NCBI GenBank assembly: GCA_905178155.1
Contig: CAJINV010000004.1
Span: forward strand, 9,055,431 to 9,092,958
DNA: 37,528 nt
DNA from: Amoebophrya sp. A120
Taxonomy: Eukaryota > Protista > Dinoflagellata
Direction: 5' to 3'
A program made the position numbers and the translations under genes. The notes under the pieces were generated by a model. The model was not told where the DNA came from, ran no database searches, and saw nothing but the letters and a program-made list of their open reading frames with translations. This document shows positions 11,301 through 23,448 of the stretch, piece after piece; the stretch's first letter is position 1; the number at the start of each line of letters is the position of its first letter.

Positions 11301-12959
11301 CCCTGCTTACCGATGGACTCACGTACGAAAAACAGGGACTACTGCGGAAAGAGGCGACCTATCCTGTGCAAAAGTATCGTACTCGTAGTAATTGCAAACA
11401 TGCATTAATACAAATCTCCATCCCAAGGTAAAACAGCATGACAAATTCCATTTGTCATGCTGAGGCGATTTGTAATGCAATTACTACGTAGTATGTTTGT
11501 TACTTTTGCAATGCATACGACCTGCATCCGGTTGATTTTTCTCCGAATCACTCTGGCGGAACCCCATGCCGCGACCATCGAGCCGCCGTTTACCGTCAGG
11601 GTCAGTATGCGGCCGGCGTTCGGGGGCGAGGTTGTGCCGGTGTACGCGTCTGGACCAATTGCGGTCACGCACTCGAAGTTGATGACCAATCGGTTGTTAG
11701 GGCACGAGGGCCACGCGGCCGTCGCGGTGGACATCTTCATCCCGAAGGTGGAGGACGTGCCGTCGGCCCCGGAGGCAGATCCGTTCTTGGCCAGAGCCGC
11801 GACGCTGCGATCGAAAATGCTCTTTGAGAACGACACGAGGGCGAAGCCAGGTATGATAGGGCATCGATTTAGTTTGGTTTTTTACCGTGACCACAACGAC
11901 ATTTTTGAATTTACGCTGGTGCATTGCCGAGGTACGTGCCAACTGGTATAATTCCTCATTCATCCAAACCACAGGCAGCAAGTCCTTGTCGATGGGCCGT
12001 GTGTTCGAGTACGGCGGCGACTTGAAAGAATTCCCCTGCCTCCGCGACCTGGAAGCCTGGTTTCACTTGATCCAGTGGCACAAAATTCGGGCGGCGACGG
12101 AGGCGAACGCCATGCCGTACTTGTTCCCCATTCACCTCCCAACCTTCCGTTCCGACGAGGATTTTGTCGTCTCTATTCTGAGTAAAAACGTCCCCACCCC
12201 AGAGTTCTCATGCAAATCTGCATGCCAAAAAAGTTTCTCATGCGGAACCCCATGAGAACCATTTTTAGTCGTGTTTGGGAATTTGTGATGCTAGAATCAG
12301 CATGATATGCTAGATCTGTTATGCTTTTGAACAAGCTAAACTAACAGGATTACACTACGAAGACAAACTTGTCATGCGAAACAACCAAAGCTGGTGGATT
12401 TGTATAGCAGATTTCGCAACATCTTGACTGTGGTGTGGGGACGTTTTTCCTCAGGATAGTCCCTCCGGAAGTCGTGTCCCTCCTCCGCGACGATGTCGCC
12501 TGGCAGGAGGCGTACAGCCGGTGCGTGGAGATGGTGGTAGGCGCCTGGGGCTACGACCTCCTACAGAACCGGACCACCTGGCGCGTGGACCATAGTTCTA
12601 ATCGCGCGAATGTAGACGATAAAGTGCTGAACAGTCGGGAGCTCCGCGGGTTCCATCCGGGGGGCTCTGGGAGACACCAGTACAGTCCGGACAGTTGGAA
12701 ACTGAGGCACTTGCTGTTGTCTCTGCGCACGTTCAAAATCGGGAAGTTATACGAGATCGTCAGCGAAATCGGGCAGGATCTACTGCGAGACGGGGTTCTG
12801 TTGAATCTGAAAGACCAGGGCCTGGAGGAAGCCTTGCATGCGAACAAGAAGGACATCCACGTCGCGCGGGTGTGGTTGGAAAGTAAGTTGTGGGAGGACT
12901 ACCACAAGAAATGGATACCGTCGTTAGAAGAGTTGTTGTTCGTGCCGCTGGGGAAATAG
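8332..12959 (+). CDS. Hypothetical protein of ~1185 aa with SAM-like N-terminus, low-complexity middle and OGFr-N-like C-terminal domain; 7 exons
   Basis: Four introners plus GT-AG introns 10045-10178 and 11851-11974 (or 11932-11974) give one ORF; domain calls are by-eye motif resemblance only. Confidence 0.65.
8525..8660. mobile_element. Introner, family B
   Basis: DR AACAG; near-identical core to 18600. Confidence 0.92.
10045..10178 (+). other. Canonical GT-AG intron (134 nt) with residual TGT(G/C)ATGC motifs
   Basis: AAG|GTAGAT ... ATCAG|ATT joins ORF 8782 to ORF 10185 in phase 0. Confidence 0.75.
11059..11271. mobile_element. Introner, family E (TIR TATGAGAGTG..CCCCCTCCCCC)
   Basis: DR CTCTG; related to 21723. 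Confidence 0.9.
11360..11517. mobile_element. Introner, family B, inverted relative to 8525 and 18600
   Basis: DR CGACC; interior is the reverse complement of the 8525 copy. Confidence 0.92.
12174..12458. mobile_element. Introner, family C (inverted relative to 5583)
   Basis: DR GTCTC/GTCCC; TATT...GATA. Confidence 0.92.
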
Positions 12960-14869
12960 TGTCTTGTAAGATTTGAATGAGAACAATTTCAACAATATTG
13001 TGAAAGCGAGGACACGACCTACCGCATAAGATTCCACGACGGCAGGCAGCTGCAAAAGAAAAGCTATGAAATTTTTCCAAGAATCTGAATCAGAACGCTT
13101 TCAAAGAGCATAAGGACGCCGTCGCTTGACACGACTGAGTCTGAGACCGCGTTCCTCACGACTGTGCGTATGAGCCAAAAGACGTCAATGATGTGTTTCC
13201 GAACAAGGTCAGCACATCAGCTGCCCGCATTGGCATTTGCTCTCTGCAAGCACATGAAAAAGTTCTACATCTATTAGCGCACAACGAGCCCGATCGCGTC
13301 TTGATTGTGCGACTAACAAGTGCAGCAAGATGATCGTAGCCTATTGTATCTTGATAGGTCTTGTCCAGAGATGATCACAGTTCTTTGACATCAAGCGTCC
13401 AAGAAGGCCGCGAAGTTTCCAAGGTCTACACAAGCCACTTACCACTGAGGATCTTCCTTTCAAGCTCATTTTCTGCGCTACTGATTTACGTCGTGTAGCC
13501 CGAGCTTCGAACTGACAACCGCATGGTGGGAAAGATCCATTGAAGTAGTATTGCTAGTCACAACTTGAACTTTGCTCTTGCAGCGGCCAAAGAGCATGCC
13601 AATCTGGGATCTTGTTATAGCTGCAACTGAAGACAAGCTGGGCCTGCTATTGGTATGTGATATGCATGATCACTCACGTCGCTATGATATGCAATGACGA
13701 TGTGTTTGTCCTCCACTCCACGTGGTTCTTGTTGCACAGATGAAAAGCGAAATACTATTCCAAAAAAACCAGCGACATCTTCAAATTTTTTGTCTGACGG
13801 CGCAAGCATAGGTCTTGACCTTAGCCTGTCGCTACTATTAACTGTAGTTTGAGATGATTGGAGTTGGACTATACTAGATTATATTATTCGCAAGACGAAG
13901 ACATTTAGACATTGTAAAAATTGTTCTTGAAGTAGAACGAGTACGAAAATCACGCCTTTTCTGAAAAAGAACCCTCCTATGTTTAAACATTTTTTAGTGA
14001 CGCATTAGAGAAGGAACTTGCCCGATATAATGGGCTGTGTTTCTTCTCCTGCTCCACCTACCACCTGCCTTAATATATCTCGCAGCTACCTCTATGAGAA
14101 TTTGAACTTCTGAGAACTCCTTCATATCAATCTATCATATGCAGCCAAAGAGCGTAAATAGCAATTATGAATTCTGATCCTGTTTGTTGGCGACCCTTAC
14201 AACCCTAGAGAAGCAAGGACCGTGTTACAGTTACGTGAAATATTCTCGAAGTTTTATCTCGTTTCCAACCCATATTTTGTGTCGTCACGAGCCTGCTGTA
14301 TTTTTTTTTCGCACTCCTTCTTTATCAAAAAGTAAGCGCACTAGAACAAACGGTCAAGCGCAATCATCTCGCAGACTTTTTTTCTTGGAATACATCCTAC
14401 AGTGGCGATTTTCTAGAAGACAGAACATCAACAATAGCCCTGAAGTGCTGTAGTTGCTGTTGCACAAAAAGTCTCCTTTCCGGTTTATTTCTGAACAAGC
14501 AGCACGACGGCAACGGCGGCCAAGAGCATCTTAGCATACCGCGTTCAGGTGGCTCAGGAATCTTCTATCGATAAACAGCCAAAACGGAGAAAGACCACAG
14601 GTGCCTTCTTGGCTCAGCGTCAGCAGCACCGACCGCAACGAAGGACCTGTTTCTGTCTTGGTGTAGTCCTAGTGAGTGCTTCTGGACTCGATCACAAACA
14701 TTTTATGTCGCGTGCCAGTACGGCTACGGATTTCATTCGGAAGAGAAAGAGTTATATTATCCCACACGACCACTACAACATCTACCAGCTGCCCAGTCTC
14801 GCTTCAATTCAGTTGGCGTGCAGATCTGAATCTGCAGCGGCCGGCTGAATATCCCCCTTTTTACCCCTG

Positions 14870-17800
14870 ATGCAGCACGCCGCCGCCTCCTCATCTTCAT
14901 CACATTTATTCTCGAATAACAATAAAGCACGACAGGATCATCATCCGCTGCAGAAAGGAGCGGCGGACGACTTGCATCAAGAAGAACATCTTCAAAAGGG
15001 AGCTGGGAAAAGAAACAAGAAGGGAAATAACAAGAAGAAGAACTACCAAAATTGTTCACAGTCATCTGCTGCTGCACCGGTATTATTTCAAGAACAGAAT
15101 TCACTTTTCGACGTGGTAGAACCTCCTCCGCAGGAAGTAAATAATAATCTGGAAGAACAAACTCCGGAAGAAGTAGCTTCTGTCTCGCGAGGTGGGCCGT
15201 TTCTTCCGCCTGAAGCAGATCCAGAAGTATTAACTGGCACGACTAGTAACCTCGAGGAGCAGAACACTTTCGGACACGTGATTAATCCCTTTGCACCCTT
15301 TCCTTTTCCGGTCCCGGGAGCAGCACCTGCTGCAGCTGGGGAAGTAGATCATTCGGATAAAGCAACAAGCGCGGATAATAGTAATATCGAAGCCCCCACA
15401 ACCTCGAAGTCGAAAGAACAAGTGAACGATTCGGAAGTTGTATTCCTAGAGAACAAAGAACAAGAAAAAGTTGCGAAAAATTCCGCCCCTCCACGTGCGG
15501 AAAGCGAAATCAGGAACAACCTCGGGGAGCTTTATTGGGAAGGGAAAAGACGTCCTCAGCCACCATTTCTACAGGTAGGAGACCGCGAGCAACGAACAAC
15601 CTCTCTACTTCAACACAGCACCGTCCTGATTGGCTCTGGTGCGAGCGCAGTACCGCGGCGGATCCCTCCTCCCGGGTTGACTGAGGACGACCTCAGCAGC
15701 ATCGACGGGCGGCACGCGGCGATTGAAAGGGCGATCCAGGAGGGGCGACTTGTGCCGGAAAAGCACGACCCAGAAAATCCCTCGTGGTTGAAACTGAAAA
15801 AGCAGCACGGTTTTTTGCAGGCAAAGCACGAGAGGTTCATGAAGGAGAAACTGGAGAAAAAGTTTTTAGCTAAAAATTCAAAGAAGAACAACAGCTCTCG
15901 ACGGCTGCATCAAAGACAACTGGAAGTAGAAGTAGAGGACCCGTGGGCGGGTGCTTTTGACACGACCAGAAGGAGACTGTCGAAAAAGATGGTTGCGCGC
16001 GGCGGGAGCAAAAAGCAAAGCGCGGCGGGCAAAGCAGGAACAGGAACATCTTCGACTAAAGGGAATAAACAAGCTAGCAGGAAGAACTCCGCCAAGAGCG
16101 ATTTTGCCCCCGAAGTCGTCGTGAAGAAGGAAAACAATAGTACTACCCGTGGTGACAGAAAGCAAAGCAAAGACAGTAAAATCAAAAAAGCCGCGGGAGA
16201 ACAACTTGTCGCCTTAAATCAAGGCAATAAGAAGGAAAAGAAAGAAACGAAAGGAAATAAGTGCTCCGCTGCAGGCGCAGCTTCGAACGGAGGTACAGAA
16301 GACGGCGAACAAGCAGCGATGGGTGCAGGACAAATGGTACCTGAGGTTGCAGCAGCACTAGAGGACGAAGGCTCGGAAATAAAGAACGAGCATAAGCCAA
16401 ATTCCCGGAAAAACAGTGCCAAAAGCATATCATCCGCGCAGATGAACAACGCGAAGAAGAAAGCACAGCCGAGGAAGACCAGTACTACTGTGGCGGCGCG
16501 AGGGGTCGTGGGCAAGAAAAAGCAAGATGAAAATAATCCGGAAAACGACCGTGATGACGAAATAGAAATTCCGAACTGCCATAGTGGTGACAAGAATAAC
16601 ATCTTGAATGTTGATCCCCCGGACGAGCAGCAGGAAAGTTGTGAGGCTGCAGTGCCAGCTGCGCGGACAGACACGGAGCAACAAGTTGTACTATCACAAC
16701 GACCCGAAGCTGCAATATCGTCGAGCAGCACGACGACCAGAAAGGCTTCCGCAATGGAGAAGCTTGTGGGTTCCGCAATGGGTGCGATGCAGTCGGTGTT
16801 TGGAGGTGTTGGCTCGTCCTCGCGCGGGGCCGCGAGTTCGTCCAGTTCGTCGCAGATGAAAATTCATGCAGCTGCTGGTACGACGAGCTCTGTTGAAGAG
16901 GACCACAGCAAGCCACAAGACAACGGCGACCGCGGCGAAGAGGAGAACATAAAAGTGTTATCCAGCGACGAAGACGAGGAGGACGTGGAAGATGAACCAC
17001 AAGGTGCTGCTGCTGCTGCACACCAAAACAACATAAGCAAGCCAGATCCACCACCCGAGGATCTTGGCAATAAACAGAATTCCCTCGGTCTTGTGGACGA
17101 CGACGAGGAACTGCATCGAAATGAAGATGTCAGCAGAAGTAAAAAAAGCGTGTTAGAACAGCACATGCAGGAGAAAGAGCAAGAGATTATAGAAATTTTT
17201 GGCGAAGAGTGGGCCGAGGAAGATCTGCGACTGCGTGATGCTGCAAAAAAAACTAGAAATAGTACTAACGTTGAGATGAACATGAACTACATGTCGAGCG
17301 GAGTCGGAGAAGCTGCTACATCAAAAGATGTTGAACCAGAGTTGTCTAGTGCAACAGCTTTTAAGAAGTGTGCTGGCGGAACGTCAAGTAGTAGTTTTAC
17401 CAAGGATCAACAACATCTTTCCTCAAACGGAGGAGAAAGTGTTGATAAATCGCCTGCTGGTGACAACTCCTCAGTACTAGCGGAGAAAAAGAACGTAGAG
17501 AACACCAGCACAGACCGCGAAAACAAGAATTCTCCTCATGACGTTGATGCCCCTCGGCTGCGGCCCTCTGCGCCGTCCTCCCCTGCTGCCTGTTCGTTGT
17601 CCTCAACAGCTCTAGAAGTAGGTGGAGGAATAGACAAACACGCAGCATCCTCTACTGCTTGTTCCTTGAAACGACGGGCACCGCAGCAGGAGGAGGACCA
17701 GTTATTTGTTCACGGTGCGCTGGGAACTACAGGGCGAGTAGCGAAGCAACCGCATTTAGAACAACAACTTGTTCTGCCGATCCCTTCCGTTCACGACGAC

Positions 17801-20800
17801 CAGCAAGACCATCTTCCCGCGTCGCTTTATGGCGAAGGAGGCGGTGACAATAACACTGCACGTGTGTACCAGCCGGCCAAAGCAGCAGGGGTCGTCGTTT
17901 TCGAGGAAAAAGCGTCCTCTCTTCTAGTACCGGTCAACATCACAGCTGCTCCTGTTGAGACAGGAGATTTGAATGCGGAACCATCGCAGCTGAGTCGCAA
18001 CCATGAAAATTATGATGCACATCACGCCGCGTCCACCGCTGCACAATCATCTGGGGGAGCAATCGGAGGACACCTCCAAGGCCTTGCGGCACGTGGGAGT
18101 TCAAGTTCTTTTGTTCCAGCGGCCGAAAATAACCTGCACGGTGAAGGAACCAGGCTGGTGCAGGAGCAAGGACTGCTAGGAAATACAAGTAGTGAAGCAG
18201 ACTTGTGGTGTAACAGTTCCACAACAACTCTGCAAGTAGACCACAAAAACATCTCCAGCAGTAGCAGTACTAGCACAACTGCAAATCTTCATCAGTACAA
18301 CATTAGCAAGAAACAACTTTCTTTAGACGTGCACAACTACGAGGGGTCTGTGATGATGCCGCCCCCGAGTGATCCTCCATTTTCCAGGGACTCGTCCGGC
18401 GGGGACCGGTACAGTAGTCGAGGACTCATGGGTGCGGGTGGAGGAGACCGCGCAGGGTCGTCTGCGCCGTTGGGTGGAGGAGGAGGGGGTTCTTCTTCAT
18501 CGCAGCAATTTCATTACGGCAACAATAACAATGCCACGGGAACATCTTCGCAGTACAACAGCAACGAGGGTACTGCTTTATTTGCGGGTTCTTCGTCCAT
18601 ATGAATTGCAAAAGCATCGTACTAGTAGGAAGTAATTGCATTACAAATTACCTCAGCATGACAAATGGAATTTGTCATGCTGTTTGACCTTGGGATGTAG
18701 ATTTGTAATGCATAACTGCAATTACTACGAGTACGAGTACGATACTTTTGCACAGGATAGTCCAGCGGGGCAGGCCCGTCGAAAATGGTGATCGACAGCG
18801 AGCGGGAGGACAAAGAAGAACAAATAAAAAACCCGAACTATTACAGTGAAAAATGCTTCCACCCCCCAAAGTTGCAATAGTTTGTGATGCGAAGTTTCCA
18901 AATGAAAACTCTTTGTCATGCATGAAAGGACTAAGTATGGATCTTTCTGATGCAGAGTCTAGGCGTGTGTAGGATCGCTTGCATGACAATCGCCGCACTT
19001 CCTGGGATCTTCTGCAATACAGGTTTTTCCTATTCACGATTGAAAATCTGTGATGCTGATAGATGCAAGAGGGCGAATGTTTTACTTGGAAAGGTTTGCA
19101 ATACAAATGCTCCCAAGTTCTGGGGTGGGGGGATTTTTCCTTTTGATACGAACTGGGCGAAGCAGTTTTTCGACTACAAGTGGGACCAGGAACTCGCCGA
19201 CACGATTTTGAATGCTCCCGTCGTGGCTATCAAATGTAAAAATGTCTGGGTCTCAAAGAATGCATGTTTGTCATGCTTGTCTGGCATGACTCTTAAATCT
19301 GTCATGCGAGTTACCCAAGAGCTCCATTTTTCTGTGATGCAGAAACGCACTTTGTCATGCAGAATAGGCAACACCTAGAAGCTCAGAAACTTGTGATGCT
19401 GAGCCAGCACTTGTGGCCGCCTCATGATACGCCAACCAGCATCACAAGTTTCCAGACCCAGACACTTTTACACTTGATAGTGGCGGTCCTGCAGCAACTG
19501 GAATCCATGGAGTGGCTGGGGCACGTCACTGACCGGGATGACGACGTGGGCGGCGACCTGCAAAGCGCTTGTCCCCCAAATAGCATGAGGGATAAGGCCC
19601 AGCATAGGGAAAAAGTCGATTCGATGAAGACCGAATTAAACTGGCCCACGAAGTACAACCCCGCGTTCGACGAGCCGTACACGGAGCCACACCTCCGCTA
19701 TCAAATGCAAAAATGTCTGGGTCTGGAAGAATGCAACTTGTGATGCTACATTTGGATTCCAAAAAAATCTGTATTGCATGAGTAGCAAATAAGGGAATGC
19801 AATTTCTGCTACGCTGAGAAGACACTTGTCATGCGGAAGAGGCATCAAGAAGCCCTCAAAAAATCTGTATTGCTAGGGTGTGCATCACGGACATCATGGC
19901 TCATGCAAAACGTGCATGACAAGTGTCAGAATTATCTTCCAGACCCAGACACTTTTACATTTGATATCCGCGGACGGCGGACCATCCGGCACGGACGCAC
20001 CTACTTCCACTACGCCTGCGCGCGCGTGTGCACCGGGGACGAGAAGTGGGTGCAGGCCAACGGCGGGGTGAAGAATATGCTGTGCAAAAGTAGTAGCGTA
20101 CTCGTACAAATGCAGGTCTTGCATTACAAATTTCTTTGTCAAGGCAAATCAGCATTACAAATTTTATTTCTCATGCTGAGAAAATTTGTAATGCATTTAT
20201 ACGAGTAGGTCGATACTTTTGCAGTTCATAAAGAACGGGAATTTGCAAATCATGAAAAAGCTGTACCAACTGAGTGGCGGCGCGAGGATCCATGCCTCCG
20301 GGCAGAAGGGGCAGGTCCGCGGATTGCCGACGAAGTCCGATTTGGGGCTACCAAAACGCTGGAAAAGCCTCGCCAGGCTCGGGGAGAGCGACGAGGGCAT
20401 GGCGCCGAAGAAAGAACGGAGTAAGATGAACAAGGAACTGATGCAGGTGTACGAGAACAAAGTGAATATCAGTCTTTGCAGGACCATATGGATTGCAAAA
20501 ATGTCTGGGTCCGGAAGATTTTTGCCAGGTTTGATGTCATGCATAATCTGCATGATGACCCATGAAGTCTGTATTGCATGCACTAGCATCACAGACTTTT
20601 ACAGGGCTTCCTAATTATGCCTATGAGAAATGCCCTCTCCACCGCGTAGCACAAACTGGAGTCCTGTTGCTGGTCACGCAATACAATTTGAATTTTTTTG
20701 TTTGAATCCAGAGACAGCATCACAAGTTTAGAATCTTCCAGAGGTGGACCCAGACATATTTGCAGTTCATAGACGAAGGTCTCGTACAATCGCGAGTTGA

Positions 20801-23133
20801 TGGTCTGCCCCTTCAGTTACACGGTGGCGCAGCGGGAGCCCTTTGGGATGGACATTTTATGCATTGCAAAAGTAGAAGATCAAGATGTAATATCGTACTC
20901 GTCGTAGTAGTTGCAGATCACGTGGTCTGGCATGGCAGAGTCGCCTCTTTGGCTTTACTTACCCATACCCGCACCTGCATAAGATTATTAACATGTTTAT
21001 TGTCCTTTATTTTTCTTTCTGGGAAAACGACTATTCATATTCTATCGGAAGTACTTTTGCAATGCATACCTTCACGCATGCGACAATTTTGCGCAAAGCT
21101 GCATGATCTTTGCCTGCAAGGAGGGGCACACCGATATTGTCCGGTGGCTTATCCAGGACCTTAAATTTAATGTACCGTAATGGAAGTAGTTTTTGTTTCG
21201 TGTTTTTCTTTTTTCACTCACGACTGTAGTTCTGCTTGGTGATGTGTGATGATAGATGAATACACATGATTTTATTTTGTGTATTCCAAATTAATCACCG
21301 AAAATGTGAAAACGACATTCACACGACTAGGACACTCGGAAAAAATTTATATGTAGGTGAACCAATGTGATTTCGTGATTGGCGGGACGAGACCACTGCA
21401 CTGGGCCATCTGGGATGTCTACCAGTATTCTCTTCGGGAAAAGTATCGTGAGAAAAATGTGTTTCACTGTATAGGATTTTATTGCAAGTTAAGTTCGTTA
21501 CACGACACGAAAAGAAAACTTGTCATGCGTGCCTCCTAGTAAGGGAAAACACGTGTAAAAAACCGAAAAATTATGTCTTGCATGTGGAGAAGCAAGACAT
21601 CTTCAAATGCGTTTGTGTTGCATTCTATGCATCATAAAGTTTATTCCAGTGAAACAGTTTTTTCTTCCGACAAGAAGCGCAGCTCCGGGGCGCCCGGAGC
21701 GTTCGCGAGTACGATCCGCCCGTATGAAAGTGCACAACCCCCCCTCCCCCTCATTTGTGATGCAAAATACCGAGTCCGCCACTTGTGCTGAAGCACTGGT
21801 TGCATGACAAATTTCGGAACCTGAAACGGAACCTGAACCAGTACTACAGTCCATCATGTGTAGATTTGTCATTCAGATGGCCCATTTCTGCCGTTGCTTG
21901 TGTTGGTGTCCATGCAAAAATACAAATGAGGGACGACAGGGGGAGTTGTGCACTCGGATAGCCCGCCCACTGGAACCAGAAGGGGTGGTGACCAGGGCGG
22001 CATAAAAGCCACTGACAAGGCCGAGGTCTTGAAATTGAATTACAACAAGCGGGCGGTGGTGAAGCTTCTGGTGGCGTTCGGCGCAAATTTGAAAAACGTC
22101 ATCAAGCTTCCGCCAAGCTGCTGGAAGGCCGAACCTGGTATTCACTGCAAATGTGTCTGGGTCCTCTGGAAGAAGATCGTGAGATTTGGTATGCTAGTCT
22201 TACATGTTGACTTTGCGCCTTATTGTATTGCGTGGCCGCAACAAAGAGCTCCTCTTGCCTGCCATGCAAATAAAATGCAGTTTCTCATACGGAAACGAAA
22301 TATTACGCAACTCAGATGAATCTATCACGCAAAATCAAAAACCTGTCATGCTTGGCAGCGCATAATTACAGTATTCTCATTATTCCCTATCCCTGCTGAC
22401 TTGCATCTTCATAGGTTTAGGTTTAATATTCCGGTTTGTTCCAGACCTCCCAGAGATATTTTTTACAATGCATACGTGGAAGGCTCCCCCAATTTCATAC
22501 CCCTCTTGGCAACGACCCAGAAAAATATTGGGGCCCCGAGATGGACATGGCCACTTGGGCGCAAAGATTCGCGGCGCTGTGCAAGTCCTCTCATGTAGCA
22601 ATGTTTGACATGGTGAAAAAGATGTTCGAGCTATTACAATAAAAAATGCCCCCACGGCCCCGGAATTGGCAATAAGAGTTTCTATATGCATAAGGTTGTC
22701 AAATGAAGAACTGTTTATCGTATGCATGAAAGGAGTACGAGCCTTTCTGATGCAGAACCTAGAATGCGCAAGGTATCTTTTGCATAGCAGATCCGGCCGC
22801 TGTTGGGCTCCTTTGCTTTGCAACACAAATTTGATCCATATAGCACGGCAAATTTGTGATGCCGATACATGGAAGATGACGGGGAATGTTTCTATTGGAA
22901 AGTAGGTTTGCAATACAAAGACATGCTGCCACGTTCTGGGGTGGGGGCATTTTTCATTGTAATACGAGCTGGCCCAGCACTCGGGAAAAAGAGCGAGGAA
23001 TCCCTTAGTCCCCTTTCTGCATAAAATCCGCGGAAAGACAAGTACTTTGTTGAAAATTCTTCTCATTTCCATATTATTCATTCTGTATTTTGAGTTTTCT
23101 CTTCTTAACACATTTTTAAAGAAGCAAGAATAA
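14870..23133 (+). CDS. Large ankyrin-repeat protein (~1750 aa) with ~1240-aa low-complexity N-terminus; 3' end uncertain (~23040-23133)
   Basis: Ten introners plus GT-AG introns 21172-21356 and ~21425/21443-21649 give a continuous frame. Ankyrin-like motifs: GRTYFHYAC...GNLQIMKKL..GGARIHA; DI.ACDNFAQSCMIFACKEGHTDIVRWLI; FNVNQCD..GGTRPLHWAI; AVVKLLVAFGANL. Confidence 0.75.
18600..18759. mobile_element. Introner, family B
   Basis: DR GTCCA. Confidence 0.92.
18839..19148. mobile_element. Introner, family D-related
   Basis: DR CGAAC; homologous to 22632. Confidence 0.9.
19228..19479. mobile_element. Introner, family A
   Basis: DR GTGGC; highly similar to 25784. Confidence 0.92.
19699..19966. 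mobile_element. Introner, family A
   Basis: DR TCCGC; highly similar to 28115. Confidence 0.92.
20076..20230. mobile_element. Introner, family B
   Basis: DR AAGAA. Confidence 0.9.
20487..20771. mobile_element. Introner, family A (inverted relative to 19699 and 28115)
   Basis: DR GACCA/GACGA. Confidence 0.9.
20858..21068. mobile_element. Old or divergent family-B introner
   Basis: Perfect 17-bp TIR TATGCATTGCAAAAGTA; decayed DR CATTT/CCTTC; removal completes an ankyrin repeat. Confidence 0.85.
21172..21356 (+). other. Canonical GT-AG intron (185 nt)
   Basis: AAT|GTACCG...ATGTAG|GTG gives the ankyrin linker KFN|VNQCD. Confidence 0.75.
21723..21960. mobile_element. Introner, family E
   Basis: DR GCCCG; TIR AGTGCACAAC.CCCC. 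Confidence 0.9.
22139..22474. mobile_element. Degenerate family-A introner
   Basis: DR CCTGG/CGTGG; TIR with small insertions; frame restored. Confidence 0.82.
22632..22964. mobile_element. Introner, family D-related
   Basis: DR CGAGC; TIR TATTACAAT.AAAAATGCCCCCAC. Confidence 0.92.
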
Positions 23134-23448
23134 TGAAGTAGAAGTATATATTCACTTCAGTGCAATTTCGTTTTCGAAGATGTTCAGTACTGTGATTGAT
23201 TTGGTAATGGTTCCGAGGAGACACCCACTTCAGCATGAAACCTATGTGCTTTCATCACATTCATAACTCCACTCCATTCACAGTCGTAGCCATCCACGAC
23301 CAATCTATGAAGGGAAAATGAGTGGTCTCCCAGATTGCTACTAGTCTTAGTGAAAAATAACGTTGCTGGGAGGTTATTTTTCGGATTTGCCAAAGACCAC
23401 CGTGCGCAAGCCAAAAGTCTTGACTCCAGATCGCATGGAAAAACAAAA

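Noticed and set aside
12960-14860. Short ORFs in the 13-14.8 kb interval (also 2040-3180 and 7700-8300)
   Set aside because: No recognisable motifs, introners or consistent exon chain; treated as intergenic or UTR
21073-21180. Ankyrin gene ending at TAA 21180
   Set aside because: GT-AG intron 21172-21356 continues directly into another ankyrin repeat, so the longer model is preferred
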